A stretch of DNA of 32,000 nucleotides from Alkalicoccus chagannorensis DSM 18086 (GCF_000429725.1 NZ_AUCK01000008.1:61122-93121); one strand, 5' to 3'; positions 7,618 to 15,597 are shown, numbered from the stretch's first letter. The notes: a model not told the origin generated them from the sequence alone. Translations and numbers: made by a program.

Positions 7618-8814
7618 ATGAAGGAGTTTAAAGAGCGGCTGAATGCCGGGATCCGGTATGATCTGAACCGTATGACGAGGGTGCTGGAGCTGCTGGGGCA
7701 CCCGGAAAAAAACAGCAGCATCATTCATATCGCAGGGACGAACGGGAAAGGATCGACGGCAGCCATGTGCGAGGCGCTGCTGCTCGACGCAGACATGGAC
7801 GTGTTCCTGTTCCAAAGCCCTTCGCCAGGACCGAGATCCCATCACTACCGGTCGGGGGGCGCTTATGCGTCTGAGCAAGCATGGAGCGCGTGGCTTACGA
7901 GCGTGATGCCGGCTGTCAGACAGACCGAAGCAGAGATGGATGAGCAGATGACGCCGTTTGAACTGCTGACGGCCGCCGCCTTTGCAGGGGCTGCTGAGAC
8001 GAAGGCAGAGGTGCTGATTCTGGAAGCCGGCATGGGCGGACGGCTCGATGCCACCAATGCAGCCGCTGCATCCGCGGTATCGGTGATCACGTCGGTAGGG
8101 ATGGACCATCAGGCGTATCTCGGAGACACGCGGGAAGCCATTGCCCGGGAAAAAGCCGGTATTTTTAAACCTGGCGTTCCTGCGGTCAGCACAGCAGATG
8201 CAGAAGCGAGAAGCTGGCTGCAGGAAGAAGCGGAGGCAGCAGGTGCTGTCTGGGTGGATCTGCCGAACGTGGCGGATACGTGCAAAGAAGACCATCTTCT
8301 GTATCGAGATGAAGTGTGGCCGCTGCCGGTGAAAGGCCGGCATCAGGCGTCGAATGCACTGGCTGCCGTGATCGCCAGCGAAGTACTGAGCAGCCGGATT
8401 CGTCCAGAGGCACTCCGGCTTGCGGTGATGCCCGCCCGGGGGGAGTGGCTTGAGCCGGATCTGCTCGTCGATTCCGCTCATAACACGGAGGCAGTGGAAG
8501 CCTTGATTGACAGCCTCCCGGAAGGTCAGGACACCGTGTTTCTTCTCGCGGCGATGAAAGATAAACCGGCTGCTGCCATGCTGGAACGAATGCATACGAA
8601 AGGAACCGCTGCAGCTGTCGTCCCTGCAGGTCCGAGGTTCATGCAGGCAGCCGACTGGTACGCGGTAGACAGCAGCATGACGATGGTGGAAGATCCGGTT
8701 TCCTGGGTGTCGGCTCAGAAGGGGAAAACCGTCGTCGTCACCGGATCGCACGCGTTCACCTCCACATTTAGAGAAGAATGGAAAAACCGCGGCATGACAA
8801 AAGCGGGCTCGTAA
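7618..8814 (+). CDS. folC: Folylpolyglutamate synthase / dihydrofolate synthase
   Basis: P-loop HIAGTNGKGST, GIFKPGVPAV (carbamyl-Lys region), LVDSAHN, VVVTGSH. GAGGAGG lies upstream. The omega-loop region is atypical (see findings). Confidence 0.85.
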   Translation: MKEFKERLNAGIRYDLNRMTRVLELLGHPEKNSSIIHIAGTNGKGSTAAMCEALLLDADMDVFLFQSPSPGPRSHHYRSGGAYASEQAWSAWLTSVMPAVRQTEAEMDEQMTPFELLTAAAFAGAAETKAEVLILEAGMGGRLDATNAAAASAVSVITSVGMDHQAYLGDTREAIAREKAGIFKPGVPAVSTADAEARSWLQEEAEAAGAVWVDLPNVADTCKEDHLLYRDEVWPLPVKGRHQASNALAAVIASEVLSSRIRPEALRLAVMPARGEWLEPDLLVDSAHNTEAVEALIDSLPEGQDTVFLLAAMKDKPAAAMLERMHTKGTAAAVVPAGPRFMQAADWYAVDSSMTMVEDPVSWVSAQKGKTVVVTGSHAFTSTFREEWKNRGMTKAGS

Positions 8815-8845
8815 TGTTGCAGCCAGCCGTACAGGAAATTCGGAT

Positions 8846-8880
8846 CCGGGTTATTTCCCGGGGAATAATCCTTTCTTTCC
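8846..8880 (+). terminator. Weak terminator-like hairpin after folC
   Basis: CCGGG-ttattt-CCCGG followed by a T-rich CCTTTCTTTCC tract. The stem is short. Confidence 0.3.
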
Positions 8881-8945
8881 CCCATCGTCTGAGATAGAAT
8901 GGAAAAGAGAATACAAGTTCTGTCACAGCAGGAGGATGGATATCG

Positions 8946-9515
8946 TTGATGTACTTATTTATAGGAGCGGCATTTCTGCTGCTTTTGGGCGTGCTGCTGC
9001 TCGTCCCGTCCGTTTTTTCACGAAAAATGACCGCATTACTGGTCTCATTGGGATTACTTTACACAGTCGCAGCCTACTGGGCTTTTCTTGAGTATACATG
9101 GTGGTTGGTCGTGATCATGCTGGTTATTTTGACAGCAGGAACGTCTTATTTGATTTCCATTCGTATGCCCGAATTAGAAAACACCGAAGAAGAGACGGAG
9201 CACCCTGCCGAAGAGCCGCCGGAAGAAGCCGGTGCAGCGGAAACGGACACCGGAGCGTCAGCCGAAGAAGACCCGGGGAAGGACGAAACCTCCGAGGTTG
9301 AAACGGAAGAACACGAAGAAGAAGAAGCGTTTGCAGAAACAACGACCCGCGAACCTCTCTCTACGGAAGACGAAGAAGAGACAGACACGGATGAAGACGG
9401 GGAGGAAGCAGGCGTGACGGCAGAAGACAACGAAGAAACGACCGCAGAAGAAGACGAAGAAAGAAAAGAGAGAAGGAAGAAGCTGTTTCAGCAGCTCGAA
9501 GAAGATGACCGCTAG
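8946..9515 (+). CDS. Small membrane protein (about 3 TM helices) with a roughly 115-aa E/D/T-rich tail
   Basis: The hydrophobic N-terminus is LFIGAAFLLLLGVLLLV, LLVSLGLLYTVAAYWAF and WWLVVIMLVILTAGTSYLI, followed by EEETEHPAEEPPEE...EEDEERKERRKK. AGGAGGA lies upstream, with a TTG/ATG start at 8946/8949. I recognise no family. Confidence 0.6.
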   Translation: MMYLFIGAAFLLLLGVLLLVPSVFSRKMTALLVSLGLLYTVAAYWAFLEYTWWLVVIMLVILTAGTSYLISIRMPELENTEEETEHPAEEPPEEAGAAETDTGASAEEDPGKDETSEVETEEHEEEEAFAETTTREPLSTEDEEETDTDEDGEEAGVTAEDNEETTAEEDEERKERRKKLFQQLEEDDR

Positions 9516-9527
9516 GAGGAAACAGGG

Positions 9528-11342
9528 ATGACGAGAATTCAATGGTTTGCTGCTTCGTTTCTTGTACTGGCGGGAAGCGTAACCTTTATGCTTGTATTTG
9601 CCTATACAGCACAGCTTACATACGAGGTCTCCTTTCAGGGAGAGCGCTTTGCAGAAGATTCGGAGATTGCCGGCATAGACGTGTCAGACATGACGAGAGA
9701 TGAAGCAGTCGATGCAGTCCGAGAGAATGTGGAAGGCTGGCAGGAGGAGACGCACCTTCATCTAACCTGGTTTGATGAGGAAATCCCGGTACCACGTGAG
9801 TCGATTCAATTTCTTATCGAACCTACCGTGGACCGCCGCCTGGATGACCCGGATGCTTCGGATGAAGGAGTCATCACCGCGGTCGATCAAGGAGCTGTCC
9901 GGCAGTCAGCTGAAAGTTTTTCCTTCCGCGAAGACATGCGGACGGCCGTCGATATCGATGACCTGACCGATGATATTGAAAGGGAGACTGCCTCCTTACC
10001 CGATGACGACCTTCAGTGGATGATGCATGGTTACCTGAACGCCTCGGCGCAGCCGGAAGAAGTCGTCATTGCTGAAGCATCCCGGTCCAACGTCGTGACA
10101 CCGGAACTGCAGGAAGCACTCGACGGCGTCACGTCGGAAACTATCGAAGGCGGCACCAGCTTCTCCGTCATGGAACAGCTCAGCACCCCATCGGAGGACT
10201 GGGTGGATGAAGAACCGCTGGCGGCGCTCGGCTCTGCCGTCTTTGAAGTGGTCGCATCCAGCAACTTCAACATCGAAGAGCGACATCACCGATATGCGCT
10301 GCTGGACAGCGTACCGATGGGCTTTGATGCCCACCTGGAAGAAGATATCCGTGATTTTCAATTTACGAACCCGAACGACTACGACTATGAACTGGAGTTT
10401 AACCTGACCGGGACGAACCTGGAAGTAACGCTGGTCGGCTATGAATTCCCTTATGATATTGCCGTAGACGTCTTTGAAACAGATAATATCGGCACACGCA
10501 CGAAAATTACGTATTCTCAGACGCAGGAAACGGAAGATTCTACGACCGAACTCGATAATGGAGAAAATGGACTCCGGGTGGAAACGATCCGCACCCTTTC
10601 CTATCAGGATGCGGAACTGGATGACGAGCCGATCGGCCAGCAGGTGCTTGCCGAAGACTACTACGCGCCCGTTCATGCCCTCGAGCGCCGTTCCATTGAT
10701 CAGCGTCAGGAAGAAGAGGAAGACGAAGACGAGGACGATTTCCCTTGGTTTGACGAAGACTTCAACGGCTTTAACGACGAGGAAGAGCGCGACGAATTTG
10801 AAGACTGGCTGGAAAACGGGGAAGGCTCCGATGCTTTTGAAGACTGGCTTGATGAAGGAGCGCCGGGAGACTTCGATGATTGGCTCGAAGAAAACGGAGA
10901 CAACGGCGGCTTTGACTTCGACAACGGCAACGGCTTCGATTTTGACAATGGCAACGGCGCAGACAACGGATTCGATTTCGATACCGGCAACGGCGCGGAC
11001 AACGGATTCGATTTCGATACCGGCAATGGCGCAGACAATGGATTCGATTTTGATACTGGCAACGGCGCAGATAACGGCCTCGATTTTGATAACGGAAACG
11101 GGGACGACAATGGCTTCGATTTCGGCAATGGAAACGGGAACGGATCGAGTCCCGGAAATGGAAACGGCACCGATAACGGATTTGGTCCGGGGAACGGAAA
11201 TGGAAACGGCAACGGATTCGGTCCCGGCACTGGCAATGGCAATGGAAACGGCGCCGGCCCCGGTAATGGAAATGGCAACGGAACATTCCCAGGTGGCGGT
11301 GATCCGGGCGGAAAAGACGGCTCCTCCACTAAAGGGGACTAG
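9528..11342 (+). CDS. Membrane-anchored VanW-like protein with an acidic linker and a GN/DF tandem-repeat C-terminus
   Basis: There is an N-terminal TM helix (FAASFLVLAGSVTFMLVFAY). IAGIDVSDMTRDEAVDAVRENVEGW resembles the PG_binding_4-type domain that precedes VanW domains. Residues about 205-305 (GTSFSVMEQL..SAVFEVVASSNFNIEERHHR..VPMGFDAHL..DFQFTNPNDYDYELEF..LEVTLVG) parallel the VanW core as I remember it from YoaR-like proteins. The C-terminal 200 aa are low complexity. RBS is TAGGAGGA. Confidence 0.55.
   Translation: MTRIQWFAASFLVLAGSVTFMLVFAYTAQLTYEVSFQGERFAEDSEIAGIDVSDMTRDEAVDAVRENVEGWQEETHLHLTWFDEEIPVPRESIQFLIEPTVDRRLDDPDASDEGVITAVDQGAVRQSAESFSFREDMRTAVDIDDLTDDIERETASLPDDDLQWMMHGYLNASAQPEEVVIAEASRSNVVTPELQEALDGVTSETIEGGTSFSVMEQLSTPSEDWVDEEPLAALGSAVFEVVASSNFNIEERHHRYALLDSVPMGFDAHLEEDIRDFQFTNPNDYDYELEFNLTGTNLEVTLVGYEFPYDIAVDVFETDNIGTRTKITYSQTQETEDSTTELDNGENGLRVETIRTLSYQDAELDDEPIGQQVLAEDYYAPVHALERRSIDQRQEEEEDEDEDDFPWFDEDFNGFNDEEERDEFEDWLENGEGSDAFEDWLDEGAPGDFDDWLEENGDNGGFDFDNGNGFDFDNGNGADNGFDFDTGNGADNGFDFDTGNGADNGFDFDTGNGADNGLDFDNGNGDDNGFDFGNGNGNGSSPGNGNGTDNGFGPGNGNGNGNGFGPGTGNGNGNGAGPGNGNGNGTFPGGGDPGGKDGSSTKGD
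10794..11285 (+). repeat. In-frame coding tandem repeats: 3x (F/A)(E/D)DWL(E/D)xG units, five 36-bp GNGADNGFDFDT units (10950-11129), then a degenerate GNG hexanucleotide array
   Basis: Direct reading shows ggcaacggcgcagacaacggattcgatttcgatacc repeated head-to-tail at 10950, 10986, 11022, 11058 and 11094, with mostly synonymous differences (aac/aat, gac/gat, ttc/ttt). A ggaaac/ggcaat periodicity follows, up to about 11285. Confidence 0.9.
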
Positions 11343-11363
11343 CAGCAGGGCAGGTGAAACAAC

Positions 11364-13028
11364 ATGGCAGCACATGATCGTCGCCGTTTAGGTGATATCC
11401 TGGTTGATGCAGGAATGCTTACGAAGGAAGAGGTAGAGAAAACCGTTGCAGAAAAAGGGGATGAAAAGCTCGGAGACGCGCTGAAAAACCGGGGATTGAT
11501 CACGGAAGAAGAGCTGCTGGAACTGCTCGAATTCCAGCTCAGCATCCCGCGGATCAGACTGAATACGTTCCCGGTCGACACCGAAGCGGTCAAGCATGTT
11601 TCGCGCGCTTTTGCTGAACGAAACGACCTCATACCGGTAGAGAAATCCGGAACGACCCTGCGCGTGGCGATGGCCGATCCCATTGATTATTTCGCCCTGG
11701 ATGATATCCGGATGTCTTCTGGTTTTGAAGTAGATCCGGTTATAGCAAGCAAGATGGAGATCCGGGAAGCGGTTGCTGCCTACTATGCCGATTGGGAAGA
11801 GGCAGCGTTCCAAGTATCGGAAGCAGAAACGTCCAGCAGTATGACCCAGATCGGTGACCGGGAAGAAGACGCCCCGGTCATCCGCATGGTCAACCAAATG
11901 CTGATCAAAGGCCTTCAGAAAGAAGCGAGTGACATTCACGTAGATCCGCAGGAAGATAAAGTGCTCTTCCGCTACCGGATTGATGGCGTTCTTCATTCGG
12001 AAAGAGCGATGAGCAGGGAATACCAGAATGCGCTGACAGCGAGAATAAAGATCATGGCTGAATTGAATATCACAGAAACGAGGCTTCCGCAGGATGGGCG
12101 GGTGAAAGTGCATGTCGAGCAGAAGCAGGTGGACCTCCGCATCTCCACGATGCCGACGATCTTCGGCGAGAAGATTGTGATCCGGATTCTTGATAAAGAA
12201 GGAGCGCTGAAAGAAATCGAGGACCTCGGTTTCAACAGCATGAATTTGAAAAAATTCCGGAAGCTGATCGAGCGGCCGTCCGGTATGATACTGATTACAG
12301 GACCGACGGGCTCCGGCAAGACGACGACGCTATATGCCGCCCTGAATCGCCTGAACGGCGAGGAAGTCAATATCATTACTGCGGAGGACCCCGTCGAATA
12401 CCAGATCGAAGGAATTAATCAAGTACAGGTGAAGCCTGAAATCGGGTTGACGTTTGCCCATACACTCCGCACGATTCTCCGGCAGGACCCGGATATTGTT
12501 ATGGTCGGGGAAGTACGTGATTCAGAAACGGCGGAAATCGCGATACGGGCCGCGCTGACAGGTCATCTCGTGTTCAGTACGATTCACACAAACAGCGCGG
12601 TCGCCACCATACCGCGGCTAATTGATATGGGCATCGAGCCGTACCTGGTCACCTCCTCCGTATCCGGTATCATCAGTCAGCGGCTCGTGAGAGAGATCTG
12701 CTCGAACTGCCGCACATCCGATGTACCAACAGAGGCAGTGAAAGAAATATTCGAAGCACGGGGCATGGACGTGGAGGCGGTTTATTATGGAAGCGGCTGT
12801 GAAGCCTGCAATGGCAGTGGCTACCGCGGTCGTCTGGCGGTACATGAAATCATTGCTGTCGATGATCTCGTCCGCAAAATGATTCTCAACAATGCGGAGA
12901 TGTCAGCCATCCGCCGGTATCTCCTGGACCAGGACATGCTGTTTCTCATGGACGACGGTTTTTTCAAGGCAGCACAGGGCAAGACGACCCTGGAAGAGAT
13001 CTACCGGGTGGCGGCAGATGATGCATAA
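11364..13028 (+). CDS. pilB: Type IV pilus assembly (extension) ATPase PilB, GspE family
   Basis: Walker A GPTGSGKTTT, Asp/His boxes, and a tetracysteine cluster CSNC...CEACNGSGYRGR. The N-terminal T2SSE_N/MshEN-like domain begins RLGDILVDAG. SD AGGTGA lies upstream. Confidence 0.93.
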   Translation: MAAHDRRRLGDILVDAGMLTKEEVEKTVAEKGDEKLGDALKNRGLITEEELLELLEFQLSIPRIRLNTFPVDTEAVKHVSRAFAERNDLIPVEKSGTTLRVAMADPIDYFALDDIRMSSGFEVDPVIASKMEIREAVAAYYADWEEAAFQVSEAETSSSMTQIGDREEDAPVIRMVNQMLIKGLQKEASDIHVDPQEDKVLFRYRIDGVLHSERAMSREYQNALTARIKIMAELNITETRLPQDGRVKVHVEQKQVDLRISTMPTIFGEKIVIRILDKEGALKEIEDLGFNSMNLKKFRKLIERPSGMILITGPTGSGKTTTLYAALNRLNGEEVNIITAEDPVEYQIEGINQVQVKPEIGLTFAHTLRTILRQDPDIVMVGEVRDSETAEIAIRAALTGHLVFSTIHTNSAVATIPRLIDMGIEPYLVTSSVSGIISQRLVREICSNCRTSDVPTEAVKEIFEARGMDVEAVYYGSGCEACNGSGYRGRLAVHEIIAVDDLVRKMILNNAEMSAIRRYLLDQDMLFLMDDGFFKAAQGKTTLEEIYRVAADDA

Positions 13029-13038
13029 AAAAGGAGAG

Positions 13039-14070
13039 ATGACTGTGCTGCAGATTGATGCGCTTCTGACAGAAGCCTTTGAACGGGGGGCATCCGATAT
13101 TCATTTGACTGTCGGCATGCCTCCCGTTTTTCGTATTCACGGAGAACTTCAGAAAGCAGGGGAGGCGACCCTCAAACCGGATGATACAGAGAAAACGGCG
13201 GAAGGTATGATCCCGCCGGCGCTCTGGAATACGTTCAAGAAAAAGGGAGAGCTTGACTTCTCCTATGCGGTCCGCGGGGTGTCCCGGTTCCGGGTGAACG
13301 CGTATTTCCAGCGTTCCTGTGTCAGCCTTGCTGTTCGGGTCGTGCCAACCTCGATTCCAACGATCGATGCGCTCCAGATGCCGCAGCAGCTGAAAAACAT
13401 AGCGCTGGAACCACAGGGACTCGTGCTGGTGACGGGACCTACCGGATCGGGCAAGTCTACGACGCTCGCGTCGATGATCCGCTACATGAACGAGCAGGAA
13501 GAGCGGCACATCATCACGCTGGAAGATCCCATCGAATATCTGCATAAACATAACCGTTCCCTGATCGATCAGCGGGAGATTGGTTTTGATACCCAGTCTT
13601 TTGCCAACGGGCTCCGCTCGGCGCTCCGCCAGGATCCGGACGTGATTCTCGTCGGAGAAATGCGCGATCTGGAGACGATCAGCACAGCGATCACCGCGGC
13701 TGAAACCGGCCACCTCGTACTGGCTACCCTGCATACGACCGATGCTGCCTCTACAATCGACCGGATTATTGACGTCTTCCCATCCGGCCAGCAGGACCAG
13801 GTACGCATCCAGATGGCAAGTGTCCTGTCCGCTGTTATTTCTCAGCGGCTGTTCCGCAACCAGGACGGCAGAGGCAGAACAGCGGCAACGGAAATCCTGC
13901 GCTGCACGAGTGCGGTCAGGAACTTGATCCGCAGCGAAAAAATCCATCAGATCCCGAGCGTGATGCAGACGGGCAGATCCGAGGGGATGCACACGATGGA
14001 AATGTCCGTGCGCAGCCTCGTTCAGGACGGGACGATCAACCGGGATGCCGGCAGCTACTACTTAACCTGA
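13039..14070 (+). CDS. pilT: Type IV pilus retraction ATPase PilT
   Basis: ASDIHLTVGMPPVFRIHGEL, Walker A GPTGSGKSTT, ILVGEMRDLETI and GHLVLATLHT. The start is the ATG at 13039 or the GTG at 13045, after GGAGAG. The track start at 12892 lies inside pilB. Confidence 0.9.
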   Translation: MTVLQIDALLTEAFERGASDIHLTVGMPPVFRIHGELQKAGEATLKPDDTEKTAEGMIPPALWNTFKKKGELDFSYAVRGVSRFRVNAYFQRSCVSLAVRVVPTSIPTIDALQMPQQLKNIALEPQGLVLVTGPTGSGKSTTLASMIRYMNEQEERHIITLEDPIEYLHKHNRSLIDQREIGFDTQSFANGLRSALRQDPDVILVGEMRDLETISTAITAAETGHLVLATLHTTDAASTIDRIIDVFPSGQQDQVRIQMASVLSAVISQRLFRNQDGRGRTAATEILRCTSAVRNLIRSEKIHQIPSVMQTGRSEGMHTMEMSVRSLVQDGTINRDAGSYYLT

Positions 14071-14097
14071 TTCAGCATTAAAAAAGGAGAATCAGCT

Positions 14098-15303
14098 ATG
14101 CCTTTTTATCATTACTATGGAAGAGATGCCTATGGCGTTCCAGTCGAAGGGAAAATGAGAGGCGCGACAGAAAAGGAAGTGCGGGGAAAACTCGAAAAAA
14201 AGGCCGTTCATGCCAAGGAAGTGAAGCAGCTGGAAGGCTGGCTTTATCAGGATGTGCCCGTGCTTCAGCGGCAGAACCCGAAAGAAATGGTCCTCTTCCT
14301 CCGTCAGCTGGCGACGCTGCTGCAGGCAGGGATCACGCTGGTGGAATCCATCAAGCTGCTCGCCGGACAGATGCAGTCGAGGCAGTGGCGGGATACGCTC
14401 GCAGCCGTGGAGGAGGACATCCGGGGCGGCACCGCCTTTTCCGCAGCAGCAGAAAAACACCGGAACCTTTTTCCGCCGCTGATGACGAACATGATCAAAG
14501 CGGGCGAAGCCGGGGGAGATCTGGATGAAGTCATCGAACGGCTCGCTGTTTATTACGAAAAACAGTACCGCCTGCGTCAGAAGGTGTTATCGTCCCTGTC
14601 TTATCCATTGATCCTTGCAGGGGCTTCCATGGCGGTCGTGATCTTTCTTCTCGCTGTTGTCGTTCCGACTTTCGCTGATATGTTCGCCGGATTTCAAGCC
14701 GAGCTTCCGTGGATTACGAGATTCGTTCTCACGCTCGGTAATGTTGTATCGAGCCTCTGGTGGCTGCTGTTTCCGCTCGCCGCCGCTGGCATTGCAGCCG
14801 CCGCTCTGATCCGGAGCAGACGGGAGTACCTATACTGGTGGCACTATGTCCTGCTGCGGACGCCGATCGTCGGCGGTGTGCTGCAGAAAGCGGCGATCGC
14901 CCGCATGAGCCGCACGTGGAGCTCCTTGTTCGCAAGTTCCGTGCCGGTACTGCAGGCCGTTTCCATCGTAGAGCGAGTCGTTGGCAACGAAGTCCTGGCG
15001 ACCGTGATACGAGACTCCCGGAAGTCGCTTGAAAAAGGCGAATCGCTGGCCGACCCGATGAACGGACACTGGATTTTTCCTCCGATGGTTACGCAGATGG
15101 TAACCGTAGGAGAAAAGACAGGGTCGCTGGATCAGATGTTTGATAAGATAGCGGACTTTTATGAAGAGGAAGTGGATCAGGCCACCGACCGCATGAAAAG
15201 CATGATGGAGCCGGTGTTAATCTCCGTTCTGGCTGTCGTCGTCGGGGTCATTGTGGCTTCCGTGGCAGTACCGATGTTTGAAATTTTCGATACGATCGAA
15301 TAA
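14098..15303 (+). CDS. pilC: Type IV pilus platform protein PilC (GspF family)
   Basis: Two GspF repeats (FLRQLATLLQAGITLVESI and WSSLFASSVPVLQAVSIV), polytopic TM helices, and RBS AAAGGAGA. Confidence 0.9.
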   Translation: MPFYHYYGRDAYGVPVEGKMRGATEKEVRGKLEKKAVHAKEVKQLEGWLYQDVPVLQRQNPKEMVLFLRQLATLLQAGITLVESIKLLAGQMQSRQWRDTLAAVEEDIRGGTAFSAAAEKHRNLFPPLMTNMIKAGEAGGDLDEVIERLAVYYEKQYRLRQKVLSSLSYPLILAGASMAVVIFLLAVVVPTFADMFAGFQAELPWITRFVLTLGNVVSSLWWLLFPLAAAGIAAAALIRSRREYLYWWHYVLLRTPIVGGVLQKAAIARMSRTWSSLFASSVPVLQAVSIVERVVGNEVLATVIRDSRKSLEKGESLADPMNGHWIFPPMVTQMVTVGEKTGSLDQMFDKIADFYEEEVDQATDRMKSMMEPVLISVLAVVVGVIVASVAVPMFEIFDTIE

Positions 15304-15408
15304 CGTTTCGCTGATGCTCAGCCGGGGTATAGACTTAATAAGCACACAAATAGTCCTTTCATTCCTTGCCGGACCAGGCTGGTTTTGTATTATTGAGTCT
15401 AAATACCC

Positions 15409-15437
15409 TTACCATTGATTTTGTTTTCACATACAAT
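15409..15437 (+). promoter_or_regulatory. Putative sigma-A promoter for the pilin leader
   Basis: TTACCA (15409-15414), a 17-nt spacer, then TACAAT (15432-15437). This would start transcription about 10 nt before the proposed aptamer P1. Confidence 0.4.
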
Positions 15438-15453
15438 AAGACAAAGTGAATCA

Positions 15454-15526
15454 GAAGAAGCAAAGACACCATCATTGTATGTGGGCACTTGATGATGGGA
15501 GAGCGAGTAGTGCAACCGGCTTCCTC
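15454..15526 (+). promoter_or_regulatory. Candidate c-di-GMP-II riboswitch aptamer
   Basis: GGGCACTTGA (15483-15492) and AGTAGTGCAACCG (15506-15518) are identical to the two conserved blocks I recall from the class II c-di-GMP aptamer, with the same 13-nt spacing. They are flanked by complementary helices GAAGAAGC/GCTTCCTC, CCATCAT/ATGATGG and GCACT/AGTGC, and an AAA junction follows P1. This is from memory and has not been verified with a covariance model. Confidence 0.6.
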
Positions 15527-15558
15527 TAAAGGACTTAGAGTGCATGCCGGTTTTTTTT
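15515..15558 (+). terminator. Leader terminator (riboswitch expression platform) upstream of the pilin RBS
   Basis: Outer stem ACCGGC/GCCGGT and inner stem CTCTAA/TTAGAG (5-nt loop), followed by T8 (15551-15558). It lies 40 nt before the pilin ATG. Its 5' half overlaps the aptamer 3' end. Confidence 0.75.
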
Positions 15559-15597
15559 ATCGGCTGACTAAATATTAACGAGAAGGAGACGATCATC

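Noticed and set aside
7579-8751. A 390-aa ORF antisense to folC
   Set aside because: It is a shadow ORF with a Cys/Arg/His-rich nonsense-like sequence, and folC motifs are clear on the plus strand.
10950-11129. The 36-bp direct repeats considered as a CRISPR array
   Set aside because: The repeats are contiguous with no spacers, are in frame within a CDS, and diverge mainly at synonymous positions. No cas genes are present.
9996-11391. Long ORFs antisense to or frame-shifted within the VanW-like gene: 9996-11375 (-), 10474-11391 (+), 10706-11329 (-) and 10771-11286 (-)
   Set aside because: They are generated by the stop-free GN/DF repeat DNA and the purine-rich acidic linker. The annotated frame is the only one with a TM anchor, a domain-like core and an RBS.
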